Shown one piece after another: positions 24,228-33,364 of a DNA stretch of 64,000 bases (its first letter is position 1; the number at the start of each line of letters is the position of its first letter). Under the pieces are notes generated by a model that saw only the letters and a list, made by a program, of their open reading frames with translations, was not told the DNA's origin and ran no database searches. The stretch comes from Octopus vulgaris. Its lineage: Eukaryota. The DNA is taken from positions 21,452,001-21,516,000 of the forward strand of contig OX597838.1 in assembly GCA_951406725.2 (NCBI GenBank), in the 5' to 3' direction. The position numbers and the translations under genes are program-made.

Positions 24228-25857
24228 GATATGTCTCATCAGGCAACTTTTCAAAAGGTACCTCGCTCATTAAACTTGAGTCAACGATGCACAACAACCT
24301 GTTGTTCAAAATCTCATCCATGAAGGACCGATGCACGACGGATCGAAACGATCGGAGTGATTAATAAAGAATACCATGAATTCCATTTCCTCTTTCTCTC
24401 ATTAGTTAAAGAAAAAGTTGGGGTCAGGATTCGGTTAAAAATGAAGTGTTTTTGCCTCTTTCAAGGATTCACCATGATGAATTCCTGAAACATGAAAGAT
24501 GAAACCCTGAAAAGGACGAAAGCACTAAATAGATAGTTTTTATCCAAATCCTGTCAAGCCTCTTGTCTTAATATATAATATCTGTACACCTCTTCTAACA
24601 ATCTGTCTGTCTGTCTCTCTCTGGCTTTGTATTGTGGTTAGCTACTTACATTAATTTTTTGTGTACACATTGACATATTGCCAAATCAGCCATAAATTTG
24701 CATAGCAAATATACGTGGTCTGATCAATAAGTACCTGGAATGTTGCCGTAGTAACGAAGCTAAAGCACGCAGGGAGAAGCCACTTGGCACAGATTGACCT
24801 TGAACTCTGCTCTGCATCTGCTCTAAGTTTTAACATTCTAGCTCAGTTCTGTTGTTTACAGCAGTGTTTGGAAGGAAGGTGTGTAGCGTGTGATCATAGC
24901 ATTGACCATGACAGAGAAAGTTGAACAGAGAATCTGCATCGAATTTTGCCAAAAGCTTGGCAATACCTGCTCAGAGGCCTACGCAAAGTTTTCATCATTC
25001 CCGACACAATCAAGGAGATCTTGTGCAATTGAGACCCGAGTGTCCTTTTGGTCAGCTGAAAGCAGTTTTGGCACAAACTTGGCAGACACGCATCTCATAC
25101 CAAGATCTGCAGTGATAATGGACTGGACTGGACTGAACCATGACTAATTTGCACATCCTCTGATAAGTCACAGATGGTGATTCGATAATTTCCCCTCACG
25201 CCTGCATGCACATCTACGATGTTTTTCTCAGTTCTGCTGGTTGTGGGTCTCCCAGAATGTTCGTCAATATCGACATTTTTTCAGCCATCTTGGAAACGTC
25301 TGAACCACCCATACACATGTGTGCGGCTCATACACTGCTCTCCATGTGCTCTCTGCTACTTTGCATAGGCCTCTGAGTAGGTGTCGCCACGACAACTTTC
25401 TTTGTCATGGATCACATGCTACACATGTTCCTTCCAAGCACTGCTGTAAACAGCAAAAGTGAGCTAGAACGTTAAAACTTAGTGTGCTTGCACAGCAGAG
25501 TTCAAGGTCAATCTATGCCAAGTGGCTTTACTCTGCATGCTTTAGCTTAGTTACTATGGCAACAGTCCAGATGCTTATTGACGAGGCCTCTTATATACTG
25601 GTGGAAGAATTTAGCTGTTCCATGAAAGCAATGGAGTGACAATGCTTTTGAGTCCCAATTACTGGACGAAACCACAGCCCAGTGTTCAAGCTTTGCTCAT
25701 GGGGCTGTCATCTACTCTGTCTGTGTATATGAATGTGCTTTTCTTGCAACTATAAGAGTTTTAACTCTTATTTCTAGCAATAACTGTGTGCTTAGCACCT
25801 GCACTCACAATTAATGACTAAGGTAGTTGCTTACTTTAATTTTTGTATATGTGTGTG

Positions 25858-25923
<66 letters not shown>

Positions 25924-26178
25924 CATGCGCACAAACACGCATATATACACACACTCACACATTTATATATACATACATGCATATATATACATATATACAC
26001 ACTCATACATACTCACACACACATATACATATAAGTATATATACACACATGTACACATACTCACACTATATATGCACACGCACATATATACACATACATA
26101 CTCAGCCACACACACACATATACATACATACACACATACATATACATACTCAGACAGACACATTCACACATACATATA

Positions 26179-26238
<60 letters not shown>

Positions 26239-27685
26239 CATACATACAAATATACATGCACACGCACACACACACTCACACACTATATATATATCTTTAG
26301 TATGTTGTTTAACTGTTATGGTTGTTATGTTTCCTCTTCTCACAGAGCTGACTGGTTGTTGAAGTTCCTCTACAGATCGTCCTCCATGCAGTTCCAAATC
26401 GCCGGCTTGATGCCTGTCAAACTGACGCACCACTGTATGCACAATATCGATTTAAGTGATGTGGTGAGTTTCATTCATTGTTTGCAATGCGGTGTACGTA
26501 TTGTTGTTGTTGTTGTTATTGATGTACCATTTAGCAGTTTAACCCTTTAGCATTTAAACCGGCCATATCCGGCCAAAAGTATTCTGCCTGTTTTATGTTC
26601 AAACTGGCCAGATCTGGTCTCTTGCACCAACCCTACAATATTGTTTTAAAAATTAACAGCTACCTCATCAAAATCTCATAGCTACAAGATAATGCATGAT
26701 TAGTTCAAAACAAATGAGAATAAAAAAGGATTAATTTTGGCAGAATAATGCGAACACTAAAGGGTTAAACTGGCTGTATCAGACCCAGAAATTCTACTTT
26801 TTTTTATCTTCAAACTGGCTAGATCCAGTCTCTCATACATACCCTGCAATGTCATCCTAAAAGTAAGCAATTGCATCATTAAAATATCAAGGCTGTAAGA
26901 TGATGTAGGATTAACTAAAAAGAATTCTTTTATTTGTTTCAGTCATTTGACTGCGGCCATTTGAAAACACACACACACACACACACACATACTTGTTATG
27001 CAATTTATAAACAAATTTCTGATCAAAATTTAATTTCTCCCTTCTGTGTTTTTTTTCTTTTTTCTCTTTTGAAAAGGTCAAAGGGCATTTGGATTACATG
27101 AAGAAATTAGACAATGTTCTTAAAGTTGTTGGAATACGTACAAAACAGTTGTCCCCTCTCTCGTCTTCAGTGTCATCTTTGGCAAGTCTTTGCTCTGCGA
27201 GGGAGAAAGGCAGCAGTACGAATCCGGATGAGGCTGAACCAGTCAACTCCAAGAATCCATCCACGAGTTCTAGCTTACTGTTTGACACCCAAAGCTCCAA
27301 TAATCCCAGCTCCGACCTTGATCTTGATCCTGACCTTGAGGAGTACGACTCCTTTAACTTGCACACCTGCTCCGATCTTGATTTGATCTCGGAGTACAGC
27401 CTTACCTGTGACTCTGTTACAGCAGAAACCACTGCGCTCGATTCGCTCAAGCTCACCTCTCCCACCGACGACCTCGACGAGGATTCGAAAAACTCAAGTT
27501 CTGTTCCGACTAAAAGTGAAAACGGGGCAATTAGCCCAGCTTCTAGTTACGCCCTGATTGATGGCGATGCGGACGATAACGACGACGGGGATGGCAGACC
27601 TAACGACACTCTGGTCGCGGACCCCACTACCGAGTCTTTCGGCGATTCGGCATCTGACTCAGGAAACTGGGATAACTCGGAGTAA
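1302..27685 (+). CDS. TMCO4: TMCO4 / DUF726 family membrane alpha/beta-hydrolase-fold protein; 13 coding exons, about 740 aa (whole CDS span)
   Basis: Hand-spliced exons total 2223 nt with consistent phases and GT-AG ends. Peptides [79 protein letters not shown] and GHLDY match the TMCO4 family as I recall it. The start ATG is uncertain because the frame stays open back to the acceptor at 1234. Confidence 0.93.
1722..1995 (+). mobile_element. SINE-like family D
   Basis: Homology to 357-745. Confidence 0.75.
2035..2600 (+). mobile_element. Three tandem SINE family C copies (Meta/Sauria-like domain, (ATT)n tails)
   Basis: Repeated gaggttgactttgcctttcatcctttcggggtcgat...gtaccag body. Confidence 0.78.
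2685..2742 (+). CDS. TMCO4: TMCO4 exon 2 ([19 protein letters not shown])
   Basis: ttttag|c ... cag|gtgggt; 58 nt, phase 2 to 0, bridges exons 1 and 3. Confidence 0.78.
4178..4585 (+). mobile_element. tRNA-derived SINE family A (CORE-like body, internal microsatellite, AAAAGAGT tail)
   Basis: A box tggctgcgtgg, B box gattcagtccc, ccttaggcaagt core-like motif; many copies in the window. Confidence 0.85.
4972..5365 (-). mobile_element. SINE family A
   Basis: Full-length reverse copy. Confidence 0.85.
5538..5682 (+). CDS. TMCO4: TMCO4 exon 3 ([32 protein letters not shown]...NNG)
   Basis: tttcag| ... g|gtaaac; 145 nt. Confidence 0.88.
5911..6136 (+). mobile_element. SINE family A, internally deleted
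   Basis: Head and tail present, middle missing. Confidence 0.8.
6210..7072. repeat. Diverged tandem repeat, about 2.5 units of 335-355 bp
   Basis: Anchor tgcaccaaaagccaata at 6277, 6611 and 6967. Confidence 0.85.
8040..8302 (+). mobile_element. SINE-like family D
   Basis: Homology to 1722-1995. Confidence 0.75.
8411..8750 (+). mobile_element. CR1/L2-clade LINE 3' fragment
   Basis: Translates [12 protein letters not shown]...[21 protein letters not shown]...SFK, a typical CR1 ORF2 C-terminus. Confidence 0.8.
8751..9149 (-). mobile_element. SINE family A
   Basis: Full-length reverse copy. Confidence 0.85.
9211..9343 (+). CDS. TMCO4: TMCO4 exon 4 ([17 protein letters not shown]...)
   Basis: gtttag| ... 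ca|gtgagt; YDAR motif; 133 nt. Confidence 0.92.
9421..9913 (-). mobile_element. SINE family A, older variant
   Basis: Homologous body with expanded internal (TA)n. Confidence 0.75.
10251..10348 (+). CDS. TMCO4: TMCO4 exon 5 ([33 protein letters not shown])
   Basis: tttcag| ... g|gtaagc; 98 nt. Confidence 0.92.
10372..10768 (-). mobile_element. SINE family A, head truncated
   Basis: Homology to the other copies. Confidence 0.8.
10770..11205 (-). mobile_element. Penelope-like element 3' remnant (GIY-YIG endonuclease C-terminus)
   Basis: Minus strand translates [35 protein letters not shown], resembling PLE endonuclease ends; bounded on one side by (TA)n. Confidence 0.5.
11557..11700 (+). CDS. 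TMCO4: TMCO4 exon 6 ([15 protein letters not shown]...GAGLT)
   Basis: caacag| ... g|gtctct; Gly/Ala-rich hydrophobic segment; 144 nt. Confidence 0.92.
12346..12492 (+). CDS. TMCO4: TMCO4 exon 7 ([15 protein letters not shown]...[11 protein letters not shown])
   Basis: ttgcag| ... g|gtaagt; 147 nt. Confidence 0.93.
12944..13081 (-). mobile_element. Penelope-like pLTR fragment, copy 1
   Basis: Carries the minimal hammerhead; homologous to 18745-18912 and 53881-54010. Confidence 0.6.
13003..13055 (-). ncRNA. Minimal Penelope-type hammerhead ribozyme
   Basis: GACAC CUGAUGA A GGCUG-loop-CAGCC GAAA CG UU GUGUU; helix III reduced to the palindrome ACGU. Confidence 0.6.
13085..13890. repeat. Diverged tandem repeat, 3 units of 265-287 bp
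   Basis: Anchor tcccatga.tctct.tcaccatcc at about 13100, 13365 and 13652. Confidence 0.85.
14051..14305 (-). mobile_element. SINE family A fragment
   Basis: Homology to the other copies. Confidence 0.8.
14581..14742 (+). CDS. TMCO4: TMCO4 exon 8 (YKEPWQTL...[10 protein letters not shown])
   Basis: tttcag| ... g|gttagt; 162 nt. Confidence 0.93.
15344..15650 (+). mobile_element. SINE family B, tail type 2 (V-domain-like)
   Basis: Same head; body gcaatggactggcatcccgtccag...gaaaccggg. Confidence 0.8.
15688..15995 (+). repeat. About 26-bp minisatellite (GGTGCCACATAAAAAGCACTGGTGCT-like, about 12 units) at the start of a family D copy
   Basis: Units read directly; the array runs into the family D body at about 15990. 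Confidence 0.8.
16145..16476. repeat. (CTT)n microsatellite with CAAT interruptions
   Basis: Seen directly. Confidence 0.95.
16541..16677 (+). CDS. TMCO4: TMCO4 exon 9 ([11 protein letters not shown]...LLAREQ)
   Basis: ttccag| ... cag|gttggt; 137 nt. Confidence 0.93.
17312..17460 (-). mobile_element. Tc1-type transposase DDE fragment
   Basis: FMEDGAPCH...[12 protein letters not shown] with internal stops. Confidence 0.75.
17883..17967 (+). CDS. TMCO4: TMCO4 exon 10 with GxSxG nucleophile elbow ([28 protein letters not shown])
   Basis: ttgtag| ... g|gtgggt; 85 nt; this frame is absent from the ORF track. Confidence 0.93.
18745..18912 (+). mobile_element. Penelope-like pLTR fragment, copy 2 (hammerhead damaged)
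   Basis: gatacCTGATGAaggctgg...tcggctGAAAcgtgtt followed by the shared caagatgaggacaaatat block. Confidence 0.6.
20233..20760. repeat. Compound (ACC/ATC/ACA)n low-complexity tract with a higher-order unit
   Basis: Recurring atcatcattacaaactctaccaccaaaaccacaacc. Confidence 0.9.
20823..20940 (+). CDS. TMCO4: TMCO4 exon 11 ([15 protein letters not shown]...[11 protein letters not shown])
   Basis: ttgcag| ... ag|gttggt; 118 nt. Confidence 0.92.
21111..21485. mobile_element. Small TIR element (AATTCTGGTTT[G/A]AGTACCC ends) containing a SINE
   Basis: Inverted ends near 21116-21134 and 21462-21480. Confidence 0.55.
21542..21761. mobile_element. piggyBac-type MITE, 220 bp (CCCTTTCGTTAC / GTAACAAAAGGG)
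   Basis: TTAA duplication on both sides plus TIRs. Confidence 0.85.
22448..22866 (-). mobile_element. SINE family A inserted in the piggyBac remnant
   Basis: Full-length reverse copy. Confidence 0.85.
23570..23960 (-). mobile_element. Degraded RTE-clade LINE fragment (RT C-terminal region)
   Basis: Minus-strand remnants [22 protein letters not shown] and RRGRLRKTW. Confidence 0.6.
24714..25591. mobile_element. Fold-back mariner derivative with two 5' ends
   Basis: TA-flanked; long inverted arms; + arm encodes [18 protein letters not shown]; - arm encodes [11 protein letters not shown]...SGRP...[10 protein letters not shown]. Confidence 0.82.
26346..26463 (+). CDS. TMCO4: TMCO4 exon 12 ([13 protein letters not shown]...NIDLSDV)
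   Basis: tcacag| ... gtg|gtgagt; 118 nt. Confidence 0.92.
26543..26764. mobile_element. piggyBac-type MITE, 222 bp
   Basis: TTAA|CCCTTTAG ... CTAAAGGG|TTAA. Confidence 0.85.
27077..27685 (+). CDS. TMCO4: TMCO4 terminal coding exon ([23 protein letters not shown] plus acidic/Ser-rich tail)
   Basis: Pyrimidine tract then gaaaag|gtc; GHLDY motif; stop TAA at 27683-27685. Confidence 0.92.
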   Translation, partial: VKGHLDYMKKLDNVLKVVGIRTKQLSPLSSSVSSLASLCSAREKGSSTNPDEAEPVNSKNPSTSSSLLFDTQSSNNPSSDLDLDPDLEEYDSFNLHTCSDLDLISEYSLTCDSVTAETTALDSLKLTSPTDDLDEDSKNSSSVPTKSENGAISPASSYALIDGDADDNDDGDGRPNDTLVADPTTESFGDSASDSGNWDNSE

Positions 27686-28151
27686 AACATTGGAGATTCC
27701 ACCGAGCCAAGCACCCACCTCCGATGGCATGCTTGACAACCTTGTGTCACACTGCAACTCCCGTGATACTACTACTAACATGGCAGCTACTACTACTACT
27801 ACTACTACTACAACTACGCTTTTACAAGAGAGCTTTAATTTGGAAAAGACTAATAGCTAATGATTAATTAAATTAAAATTTACTAATATGTGGGTGGTGT
27901 GTGTGTGTATGTATGTATATATGTATGTATATAACATTCCCAACTAGATTGCTTGAATAATTGTGGAGATCTTTTTCACATGAAACCATTGGTTGCCTTG
28001 TTAATCTAAAAATGCAGTATATATATATATATATATAAAGTACTGCTAAACTTTACAAGAGAAATAACTTTAATATAGCTAGTAATTAAATCATAATTTA
28101 CCAACATGTGGGTGGTGTGTGTGTGTGAGAGAGTGTGTGTATATATGTGTG

Positions 28152-28189
<38 letters not shown>

Positions 28190-28205
28190 GTGTGTGTGTA
28201 TGTAT

Positions 28206-28650
28206 ATATGTAATGTGAAGAAACAAAAGATCTGGTAATTCAATCTGCAAACATGACTCCGGTTAGAGATGGCTTTAAAAGACAATTTTACATGATAGAT
28301 TAAAAATATATAAATACACAGACATTTTTTAAGAACTATTCCGGATTTTAACTTCATTTCTCATTGTATCTTTTAGTTCATTTCCATCACCACCTCAGAC
28401 TTTCTCCAATATTCTTTACCTATACACACATATTTTAATGTTTTTATGTCTCCATCCGGAGATTCTTTGATGTCTATTACTTTACACATATATTTAATAT
28501 ATATATTTACTTATAGATTTTTTATAAGAAATGTCTGTGTATTTATATATTTTTAATCTATCAGGTACAATTGCTCTTTAAATCCATCTCTAATCAGAGT
28601 CATGTTTGTGGATTGAATTACCAGGTCTTTTGTTTCTTCATATTACATAT
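28206..28650. repeat. Inverted repeat with 122-bp arms (28206-28327 / 28529-28650)
   Basis: 12 mismatches in 122 bp by eye. Confidence 0.9.
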
Positions 28651-28863
28651 TTATATCTTTTGTCTCAAGTTACACTTGAGCACTTCTAAGTCCAAACCTC
28701 TATATTGTGAGAGAATTTCTAATCAATATTCTTTCTCAAAACAATTGATATATATATATACACACACACACATATATATATATACACACACATACACACA
28801 CATATACAAAAATTAAAGTAAGCAACTACCTGCAATACAAACCCATATAGAAAAGATTTAGTC

Positions 28864-28914
<51 letters not shown>

Positions 28915-29224
28915 GTATATATATACATACATATACATATGCACACACACACACACATACCATTCCCAGCTGGATTGCTTGAATAATTGTGGAGATCTTT
29001 TCCACATAAAACCATTGGTTGCCTTGGTAATCAAGAAATTATGTATATATATATATATATATATATACACAATTTAAAAATAGGATAAAATCTTTATAAG
29101 AATTTATCAAGTAGTTAGCGTGAAAATCCTCATATGGGAAAAATTTATTAATTATTCCCTTTAAATATATTTATTTATATTAAAGGCATTACTATACATA
29201 AATGCCTTGCTATACATAAATGCC

Positions 29225-29267
<43 letters not shown>

Positions 29268-29687
29268 ATGGCTGTTGACCCATTATCAATTATAACTAGC
29301 TTCTGTGCTAAAATTGCAGATGTAGTGCCTTCCTATCTTGGGCTCCCATTGTAACAAAGATAGTATGGTAACAGTATGGCAAGACCAAGATTCCACCCGC
29401 TTTGATGCCTAAAATCCACCCATCCATCATCCACCCACAACAACTATTGCATCCTTTCAAAGTCAGTAACACTGCGTTGTTAATGTGACTTTCTCACTAT
29501 GATATTTTCAGTTGAAAGAGTCTCCTTTCTGAACCCAAATCTTTGGTCATGTAATCAGTTCTTGGGATCATGGCAGACTAATTGCATACACACACACAGA
29601 CACACACACACACAGACACACACACACACACACCTAATCAGTCCGAGGATTGTGTTTTGTGTGAAACTGATATCTGACAGTAAATTG

Positions 29688-29697
29688 AATAAATAAA
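29688..29697 (+). terminator. Candidate TMCO4 polyadenylation signal (two overlapping AATAAA)
   Basis: aataaataaa followed by T/GT-rich sequence about 2 kb after the stop; unverified. Confidence 0.35.
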
Positions 29698-30027
29698 TTG
29701 TTAAACTATATTTTTGAATAATGAATGCTGTTTCTTTCGTCTGTATAAACTAAAGACACGTGTATTTGTGTTATTACTCACGTTATTAACTTCGATTTTT
29801 TGTTATTTAAAATATATACGACATTCCTTTAATAACTATTTTGGGACCAAGCAAGATATTTGCTATCATATTTTCAAAAGATATCTGGAAATTAAAGCAA
29901 AGAAGTTGTGACAGTACTTATAATGTAAACTGGTTTTTCTTTGCTTTTGCAGCTGTTTATAAGGCATGTAACAGCAGGAAGAAATTGAGTTGTCTTATTT
30001 GTTTAGCTGAAAAAAGATTTTAAAGTA

Positions 30028-30540
30028 CCGTAAATCCTCAAGTATAATCCGCCCTTGAGTATAATACACAGGGGATTTTTAGGGGGTTGTACCTCTGTAA
30101 AACCTAAACCTTGTGTATAATACGCACCTCTTCTCTTACTTGAGTCAAGGAGATCTATATAACGTCCTTGGTTTGTAAAAATGTATACGGTAACATCCTC
30201 TATTATTATTGTATATATAACATAAGGCAAACGTGTAACTTTTTTGTGCATTTTGTTTGCAGAAAATAAAGAAATAACAGTAATAACGTTTAATAAATGT
30301 TGCTTATTGCAAGTTATGGATGATTCTTTTATGACTTCATTGCTTTCAGGCTTAGCTTAAGGTGTTTTCGTGCCTGACATCACAAAATGCGTCTGAATAA
30401 ACATTGCCGGACAGCAAATAGAGACTCGGACATTGTTTAGAAAATATTTTTCATTTTTAACCTCGTATATAGTACACACTAGGGATTTTGACCTTTAAAT
30501 TTTGGGGGGGAAAATGCGGATTATACTCGAGGATTTACGG
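30028..30540. mobile_element. TA-target MITE (pogo/Tc2-like TIR CCGTAAATCCTCGAGTATAATCCGC), copy 1
   Basis: TIRs at both ends and TA duplication. Confidence 0.85.
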
Positions 30541-30911
30541 TACTGCAGAAATGGTATTATCTCAAGAAATGGCATGCTGTACTTGTTTGCATAAATCGAA
30601 AATGTTGTCGTTTTGTGATTGGTCTAAGTCACCTTCAGTTGATATAATGCATTGCATCATTATTTTTATTTATTTGAATTTATGTTTAAACACGCATCCA
30701 ATCAAATGCATCTCCTTTTGACTTGATATTTTGAATTTTCTTTTTAATTCTCTCCTGTCTCGTTTGACAATCAGAGACATGAAAGTCAGTTACGAAATTT
30801 GAACCATATTGATTGATATATTGAGCATCTATAACACACTTAGATTGTGTTAAAAGGAGTTATAGGAGTCTCACCACAAACACCTTCAAATATCGTTTTT
30901 ACCAACATCTG

Positions 30912-31517
30912 CAAGGGTGAGTCAAAAAGTTATGTCATTTTATTTAGGACAGGTATAATTACCTACACAGGAACATGTATCATACATCAAAATGAAGCTG
31001 GTCCTCTGTGGATTACATCCCTACTTCTCAACATAGTCATCGTTTCTCTCAATAGCAATGTTCCACCTTCGAATGAGAGCATGTATCCCTGCCCCGTAAA
31101 ATTCTGTTGCCTGTTCTTTGATCCACTTCTTCACTACAGTTTTCACTTCCTTGTCACTGGAATAATGTTTACCTCTCAAACCCGCTTTCATGGGGTCGAA
31201 GAGATGATAGTCTGAAGGCGCTAAATCTGGTGAGTGTGGAGGTAGTGAAGAAGTGACTCAAAGAACAGTCAACAGAATTTTACAGGGCAGGGATACATGC
31301 TCTCATTCGAAGGTAGAACATTGCTATCGAGGGAAACGGTGACTATGTTGAAAAGTAGGGATGTGATCCACATAGGACCAGCTTCATTTTGATGTATGAT
31401 ACATGTTCCTGTGTGATCCACAGAGGACCAGCTTCATTTTGATGCATGATACATGTTCCTGTGTTGGTAATTATACCTGTCCTAAACAAAATGGCATTAC
31501 ATTTTGACTCACCTTCG
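30912..31517. mobile_element. Fold-back mariner derivative with two 3' ends
   Basis: Inverted arms both encode the transposase C-terminus (GIHALIRR..IAIE..GDYVEK); centre has HSPDLAPSDYHLF on -. Confidence 0.82.
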
Positions 31518-31771
31518 TACATTTGTTTAGGCCAAGTAAAATAAGTCCACATCTCGTGTCTGAATTTGTCTGCATGCATCCCATAACACAGCATGTTGTT
31601 GCTAATTCGTACAATCTGACTGCTTGGCTGTCATTCCTAAATAACAGGTGTTTATGCTCGGCTTGGAATCAGAACTTATCCCACGGAAAATTACCTCTTG
31701 TGAAACATGTTAGAATTCATCATTCCGTTCTTTTCAATTTTACAAACATTGGCTATGATATATATATTAAT

Positions 31772-31998
31772 CTGACCTTGAGGAGTACGACTCCTTTAAC
31801 TTGCATACCTGCTCCGATCTTGATTTGATCTCGGAATACAGCCTTACTTGTGACTCTGTTACAGCCGAAACCACTGCGCTCAATTCTCTCAAGCTCACCT
31901 CTCCCATCGACGACCTTGACGAGGATTCGAAAAACTCAAGTTCTGTTCTGACTAAAAGTGAAAACGGGGCAATTAGTCCAGCTTCTAGTTACGCTCTG
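31772..31998 (+). pseudogene. 227-bp duplicated fragment of the TMCO4 terminal exon (source 27330-27556)
   Basis: Ungapped match with 11 substitutions counted by eye. Confidence 0.92.
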
Positions 31999-33016
31999 TT
32001 CCGTTGATCGGATCATTCCTAAATAACAGGTGTTTATGCTCGGCTTGGAATCAGAACTTATCCCACGGAAAATTACCTCTTGTGGAACATGTTAGAATTC
32101 ATCATTCCGTTGTTTTCAATTTTACAAACATTGGCTAAGATGTTACAATAATCATTAAAAAATATGGGGGTTTTGTTTTTGATGTTATTTAACCATAGGT
32201 CGGCCTTGAGTTACCAAACCATCTGTGGCCAAGTCACCCCCATTTATTGTCAATGTTTATCTTAGATTACATTATTTAATGTTCTGCTGTTTTTGTTGAT
32301 GTGTTTCTCTATGCAAAGTCTGTTGAAGACAAGAGTATGTGGAGTCAATGTAGTCTCCACGACTGGTGAAGTTGCTATTCCGACTTTCACCAATTGGTTA
32401 CATATTTCCAGTGGATCTTTTAGTTTTTTTTTTACCTGTTTCAGTCATTGGACTGCGGCCATGCTAGAGCACTGGCGTAAAGTTTTTTTTTTCGTTTTTA
32501 GTCGAATAAATCGACAACAATACTAATTTTTTTAAAAGTCTGGTTCTTATTTTATATGTGTCTTTCGTTGAACTGCTAACTTACGGGGTCGTACACAAAC
32601 CAGCACCGGTCATCGAGTGGTTTTGCCATGTGGTCAAACAACACATGCACACACACACGCACACACGCACACACACACACACACACACACACGCACGCAC
32701 ATACATACGTAATCACACAGTTTTCGCCAACCAGATTCACTCACAGAACATTGGTCGGCCCAGGGCAATAGTATGACGCTCAAAGTGCCACACAGCGGGA
32801 CTGAACTCCGAACCACGTAGTTGCAAATCGAACATCTTAACCACACAAGCATACCTGTATGAATAACAAGCCAAGATATCATCAAGCGACGAAAACACAG
32901 ACACAAACTCTAAGCGGCCGCATTGGAGGTTTTCCCATCCTGTCATCCGCTTATACTAAGGATAAGATTTGCTCCTAAGCTATTATTGAGTTATATCCCT
33001 TTCATTGTAAAATGAG

Positions 33017-33340
33017 TGAAGGCGCGTAGCTTAGTAGTTAGGGTATTCGGCTCGCGATCTTAAGGTCATGAGTTCAATTCCCGGCGGCGCGTTGTGCCCG
33101 CGAACGAGACTTTTTTTTTTTTCACCTTGTTTCAGTCTACTCGTCTGGCACCAATGAGTAATACATATATTTCAAGGGGACCAACCTTGTTACATTCTCT
33201 GTCACACTGCGTCTGAAAGCCACACTAAAGGTCCACATGTCTGTGGAGTACTCAGCCACTTGCACGTTATATTTCCCCGAGCAGGCTGTTCCGTTGATCG
33301 CATCAACTGGAACCCTCGTCGTCGTAACCGACGAAGTACC
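33017..33340 (+). mobile_element. tRNA-derived SINE (family B-related)
   Basis: A/B boxes and type 3 tail. Confidence 0.75.
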
Positions 33341-33364
33341 AGTTATCAGCTAAGTGACGAATGC

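Noticed and set aside
27094-27465. Antisense or alternative-frame ORFs over TMCO4 exon 13 (similar ones over the GPCR)
   Set aside because: Shadows of real coding sequence with no independent motifs
31801-32007. Independent 68-aa gene
   Set aside because: Non-ATG start inside a duplicated fragment of the TMCO4 last exon
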